Part shown: positions 58,752 through 64,000 of the stretch, in pieces | How positions within the stretch are numbered: position 1 is the stretch's first letter | How the letters are laid out: each line of letters begins with the position of its first letter | Assembly (NCBI RefSeq): GCF_009914755.1 | Contig: NC_060939.1 | DNA: 64,000 nucleotides | Origin: the human T2T-CHM13v2.0 reference genome, Homo sapiens | Strand: one strand, 5' to 3' | Notes under the pieces: model-generated | The model's input: the letters and a program-made list of their open reading frames with translations, nothing else | The model's database searches: none | Told to the model about the DNA's origin: nothing | Position numbers and translations under genes: made by a program

Positions 58752-59732
58752 CCGGATCACATCTATTTTCAGAGCTATCATGACCAGGGTCTTTAACTGT
58801 GCCTTTACCTGCTGCTGTCTCTGGCATAACATTTACGAGGAATGTCTACGGTTAATATAGTAACAAATATCATAAAGATAGTGAAGATTTGAGCATCCAA
58901 GATTACAGGTAGCATCTGACGGCAGTAAACAACCCAATTAGCCAGAAAAAAACCCTGAATGCAACATCATATTCTTTGATCAACATACAATATGTTTACC
59001 CTCCTTATTAAGGGTTATTTGAACCCTATAATAAATCTTTTTTGAAAATTGTGTGACCAACATTAAATTAGAATTTACTAAATTTAATCTCTCTTTCAAC
59101 CAATTTATTTCCATAGGTATAGCCTCTTGAGAAGGGTATAAATTAAATGCAAGAAACACCTGGTCCTCAGTGTTTAAATTATTATAGACTTGTTAACAGT
59201 AGACAAATCTATTTTTCCCACCACTTTTGTATTGCACCATATACTAGTATTTGGGAGAGAAGAGCTTTTGTCACAGGAGAAGTCATAATTCTACAGTGTC
59301 ATTTTTTCCCTTGGCAGGACTCCCTGTGGCTGAGGGTCTTAAGAATCAAAAGACTTATAGCCAATTAATTATTTTAGGATATACAGAAATGGATGTGAAC
59401 AAGCATTTATTACTTCTTACGATTATTTAAGAAAAAAAAAAAGCTGACAATAAAACCAAAAGGTAAAGTTACAACACTGACTTATTTTTAACTTTTATGT
59501 GTTAAGCTACTGTAAGCTTGGTTTCTGTTACAGACTTATAGCAATTAGCTATACAAAACATAAGCATTGTTCTGAAAAGTAATTGAAAATATGCATAAAT
59601 GTATAGATATATTTATCTTGGCAACCTATAATTGGGAGTATTACACCCAGGAGGTTTGCTACAAGGTATTTTATCCTGTTAGTAAGTATTTTCCTTTAAT
59701 TTTATAGTAAGCAGAAAACTTTTGTGGTTGGG

Positions 59733-60813
59733 TGTTGCAGGAAGTCAGGGACCCCGAACGGAGGGACCTGCTGAAGCCGTGGCAGAAGAACATAAATTGT
59801 GAAGATTTCATGGACATTTATTAGTTCCTCAAATTAATACTTTTATAATTTCTTATGCCTGTCTTTACTGCAATCTCTGAACATAAATTGTGAAGATTTC
59901 ATGGACATTTATCACTTCCCCAATCAATACTCTTATAATTTCCTATGCCTGTCTTTAATCTCTTAATCCCGTCATCTTCGTAAACCGAGGATGTATGTCA
60001 CCTCAGGACCCTGTGATGATTGTATTATCTGCACAAATTGTTTGTAAAGCATGTGTGTTTGAACAATATGAAATTTGGGCACCCTGAAAAAGAACAGGAT
60101 AATACCAATGTTCAGGGAACAGGGGAGATAACCATAAGGTCTGACTGCCTGCGGGGCCAGGTGGAACAGAGTCATATTTCTCTTCTTACAGAAAGTGAAT
60201 AGGAGAAATATCACTGAATTATTTTTCTCAGCAAGGAATAGCCCTGAGAAAAGAATGCATTCCCAGGGGGAGGTCTCTAAAATGGCCGCTCTGGGAGTGT
60301 CTGTCTTATGCAGTTGAAGATAAGGGATTAAATACGCCCTGGTCTCTTGCAGCGCCCTCAGGCTTGCTAGGATTAGGAAATGCCACCCTGGCGAATTCTA
60401 GTCAGACCAGTTCTCTGCTCTTGAACGCTGTTCCCTGTTAAGATGTTTATCAATGACAATGCGTGCACAGCGGGACATGGAACATCATCAGTAATTCTAA
60501 TTTCGCCCTGGCCTTGTGACCTTGCCCTGCCCTTCCATCCTTGTGATCTTTTATTGCCCCTAAAGCATGTGATCTCTGTGACCCACTGCCTATTCATACG
60601 CACCTCCCCTTTTGAAATCCCTAATAAAAACTTGCTGGTTTTGCGGCTCAGGTGGGCATCATGGAACCTGCCGACATGTGATGTCACCCCTGGAGGCCCA
60701 GCTGTAAAATTTCTCTCTTTCGCACTCTTTCTCTTTATTTCGCAGACTGGCTGACACTTAGGGAAAATAGAAAAGAACCTATGTTGAAATACTGGGGGCT
60801 GGTTCCCCTAATA
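59733..60813 (+). mobile_element. MER11 (HERV-K11/HML-8) solo LTR, B/C-type
   Basis: tgttgcaggaagtcagggaccccgaacggaggg...ggctggttcccctaata, 1081 bp; perfect 6-bp TSD gttggg at 59727-59732 and 60814-60819; aataaa at ~60623. Confidence 0.93.
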
Positions 60814-63800
60814 GTTGGGGTGTATGCAAAAATGATACATAATGGTTTAGAAGGCAACTAAATGTGTTTTACCAGCTGTTTAGGCATTTTATGCACCCCC
60901 TTCTTGATGTGGAGGGTTTGATCTTGTCCTAATTTTATCCCTCACAACTGGTCCTTACAATCTTATGCATCTACCGTTTCTGCAATAAGTCCCTGGGCCT
61001 AGAGGGAGGCAGCTTGCGTAGTTTTAGCAGCTGAGCATTAGCAGTGAAACAGATCCAGGGCTAGCAGGATGCCAAATGAGGGAGAGTCCTATCTTTGGTC
61101 TTTAGAATACCATGATTTTGGTTTCATTGGAAGTGAAACAAGGAGAGATAAATAACATTTATAGTTTGACAGTTATGAGTGTAATTCATATGTTAGAACA
61201 GAAAAAGGAACCTATTCCATGAGGGCACCAACTAAATATATGAAAAAATTATAATCTGGTACTTCCTAGAGGATTACTGTAGCCAAGAAATAATGATTTA
61301 ATCTTCACTTAAAAAGTTAGGGCTAAAATATAGTATTAAGTGTCACACTTTCCCTGAAAAAAATTTTTTTTAAACTATTATTGAACTCATGCAGACAACT
61401 ATAATGTTGGAAAATTACAATCTGAATTTTGGAGAACTCAGGAAGTTAAATTTGCTTGCAAAAACATACTTTACCCAAATGACTTAAAAGAAAACGATTT
61501 TCTTGACCCTCCTTTAAGCAGAGCAGCAGCTTTTAAAACAAGAGGTTTGTTTTCCTTGGAAATGCCATTTACAAACCAAACAGCTCATGGGGGCTATTTG
61601 GCACTATAGAATTTAACAGCTTCTTACAATTAGTCCTAGGGAAAAAGGCTCTTGGCTTATTAGGTAGCCAAGATTACGTAAGATTTTATGTAAACCATTT
61701 GTATTTATCATGGAACTTTTTGGGAAACATTATTTCTATTAGCATAGAGGTAGCTTCAGTCAATATTCCATACCAAGGCAGTAAATGCCCCATCAAGTAG
61801 AAATTCTCTAGCTCGGTGGTTGTTATTGAGAAGTGCTCACAGTTTTTGCCCTCGGCCCCGATAAACGCTCCACACAAAAGGCTATGCAGTGGAGAATTTA
61901 TGTGAGCAGAGTTACGTGTCTTCAGTTTTATAGTACTAGAAAGGGGAAAACATCCCCCAGTTACAGATAGTACATGTTTTCATAAGACATTTAGGTAAAA
62001 GGGGTTACAACTACCTTACATAAAGCTTGTTTAAACCTCTTACATTTTATAATTCTATTAACCTGTATGTTTTTATGTTCTGGTTCCAGGGAGACTTTTT
62101 TTTTTTTTTTTTTTACCCCCAGACCATTTTACCTTTTCTGGTGAAAAGGGTTTGCGTTTCCAGCAGGGAGTTGCATCTTTAAGACCTACGAGGGATGGCA
62201 GATTTGATAAGGCTTCTTAAATAGAACAATGATTCTGTGGGAGGGGCACCATGAAAAAGGGGCCTCCTTAATCCCCAAATTTACCATGATCTGGGTAATA
62301 GATATATTAGGTGAGAGGATATCCCAATTATCATAAAGCTAGTCCAACATGGCTTGCATAAGAAACATATTAACTGCTTCATCTGGGGTACTTCACTTGG
62401 TATTTTATAGGGAGAGTTGGGCAGTCCCCTTCTCAGGGCAAAACAGACCTTATAATGGCATTATCTGGCCCACTAGGCTGATTGCTTTCTCAGGAATAAC
62501 CCCCTGTACATTTGGATTCCATATACTTAGTGTTTCTTCAGTAATAAGCTGCCGGTCCTGCATTGATTCAAACAAGCTCTTAAATTCTGTAGCATTTAAA
62601 ATTAATAATTTTGTCCTTAAAGTGGTTATTTTTACAATCCACTAAAGATTTTTTTTAAAGAAACTGAATTATACCAATCTACAAAAATGGAACAATTCCT
62701 TTACATTACACCCTTTGGTTTTCAATAGTTACTTGGTTTTACCCTTTTCCCTGTTTTCTTGGTAACCATAGGGCTCAGAGTTTTGTTGCCCCATATAAAG
62801 ATGGAGGTATATATATAAAGATAGAGGTATTATAGGCATGCAGAATAAAAGGCATGTTCAAAAGATACTTTATTTGCCTGTTTTCAAAACAATTTTTCTC
62901 CCTTAGATAAGTAGTAAAAGTTACAGGAGCCAAGGAAAGGTGAAAGAGAGAGCCATCATTTAAGGACTTTTCAAAAGAGAAAGAGTGGCACTTTTAAGAT
63001 ATCAATCTGAAGAATGTTAAAGAATGTTAAACAGCATTTAAAAATTTAAAAACTTCTTGCATTAAAAATAAGTCGATATCTGTAATACAATCTTGTTTTA
63101 ACGAATTATTTAGTTTTGTAATAGTGCATTTTTTAATATTAAAGACCCATCTCTAGAAAGATTATTATGATTTCTTTTTGATTATAGCCAACTGAATTAT
63201 ACAACCCCTTTAAAAAATTTATCTTACTAACCTTATTATGACTTACATAGTTCATTCACAACATGTTTAGGCTGTTTTGTCTTAAATATCCCTCTTTCTT
63301 GTACAATCCCATCATTTTTATTTTAGGACAAAAATTTACCACACATTCTTATATAAAATTACTTTCCTTTTTTTTTTAAACCAAAAATACCTCCTTATAC
63401 CTTGAACTTTCTTTACATCTCTTATTTCCTGATTCCTGTACCTTATTATATATATAACCCTTAAATAAGCCTTGAATTAGACAAAGATATTTTACCTCTA
63501 ATAAGAACATTTAAAAAAAAGTTTTCCTGTAATTCTTAAATTGGAATTGCCCAGATACTTTATATCAATTAATAACATTAGATCCTAAATTATAATGAGT
63601 TTGTTTATAAGCATTTATTCCATTACATTTACCTGATTTAGTAGTTACCTAGATTATTTATTTAAAAAAACTGTGATAGCCAATATTTACACTTATTTTT
63701 CTATTAACCATTTTTATAGCTGTGAATTTTAGGTATTTATTTAAGTAATAAAACTTATGGTTAATTTTAAGGGTACTTATACCAATAACTCAGTATTTAG

Positions 63801-64000
63801 CTGTTTTCATTTAAGCCAGCAATATTTTATAAGCATATACAAGCACAGATTATTTTGTCTTGGGGTGGGTTTCATAGTTTATAACCCTTCTGGCAAATCT
63901 TATTGTATTTTGCAGGAATAAACATGGAACTACTTGCTTAATAAATGCAAACAAAATGCTAACAATTTTAAAGACATCGCTGATATTTTACCAATAATTT

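Larger units (their letters stand above)
58439..64000 (-). mobile_element. MER4-group internal region (non-coding, AT-rich), runs off the window
   Basis: Directly abuts the MER4 LTR; MER4-int-like motifs (attatagccaactga, aggacaaaaatttacc, tttacattacctaga-like); no intact gag/pol/env ORF. Confidence 0.7.

Noticed and set aside
59788-59960. ~90-bp tandem duplication inside MER11
   Set aside because: Recalled as a normal feature of MER11 LTR consensus sequences.

Overview
AT-rich, repeat-dense, non-coding primate DNA. AluY and an L1PA2-type 3' end point to human or great ape. I found no host protein-coding exon, rRNA, tRNA or CRISPR; every recognisable ORF derives from LINE-1 or Alu. Main contents: (1) an ~11 kb block of old minus-strand L1M fragments (10.7-21.9 kb) carrying a tailless 7SK retropseudogene; (2) a 5'-truncated, internally deleted L1PA7 (33.5-42.5 kb) interrupted by a 5'-inverted (twin-primed) L1PA2 whose ORF2 stays open for 549 codons, covering the whole endonuclease domain; (3) a THE1 retroviral element whose 5' LTR is replaced by an inverted 476-bp copy of DNA from 17 kb away, part of which is triplicated; (4) nested LTRs (THE1A in a MER67-like LTR; MER11 in a MER4-group provirus). 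I see no convincing new biological system. The most unusual signals are rearrangement/repair scars and the rewired L1PA2. Repeat subfamily names are from recalled consensus motifs, not from a RepeatMasker run.
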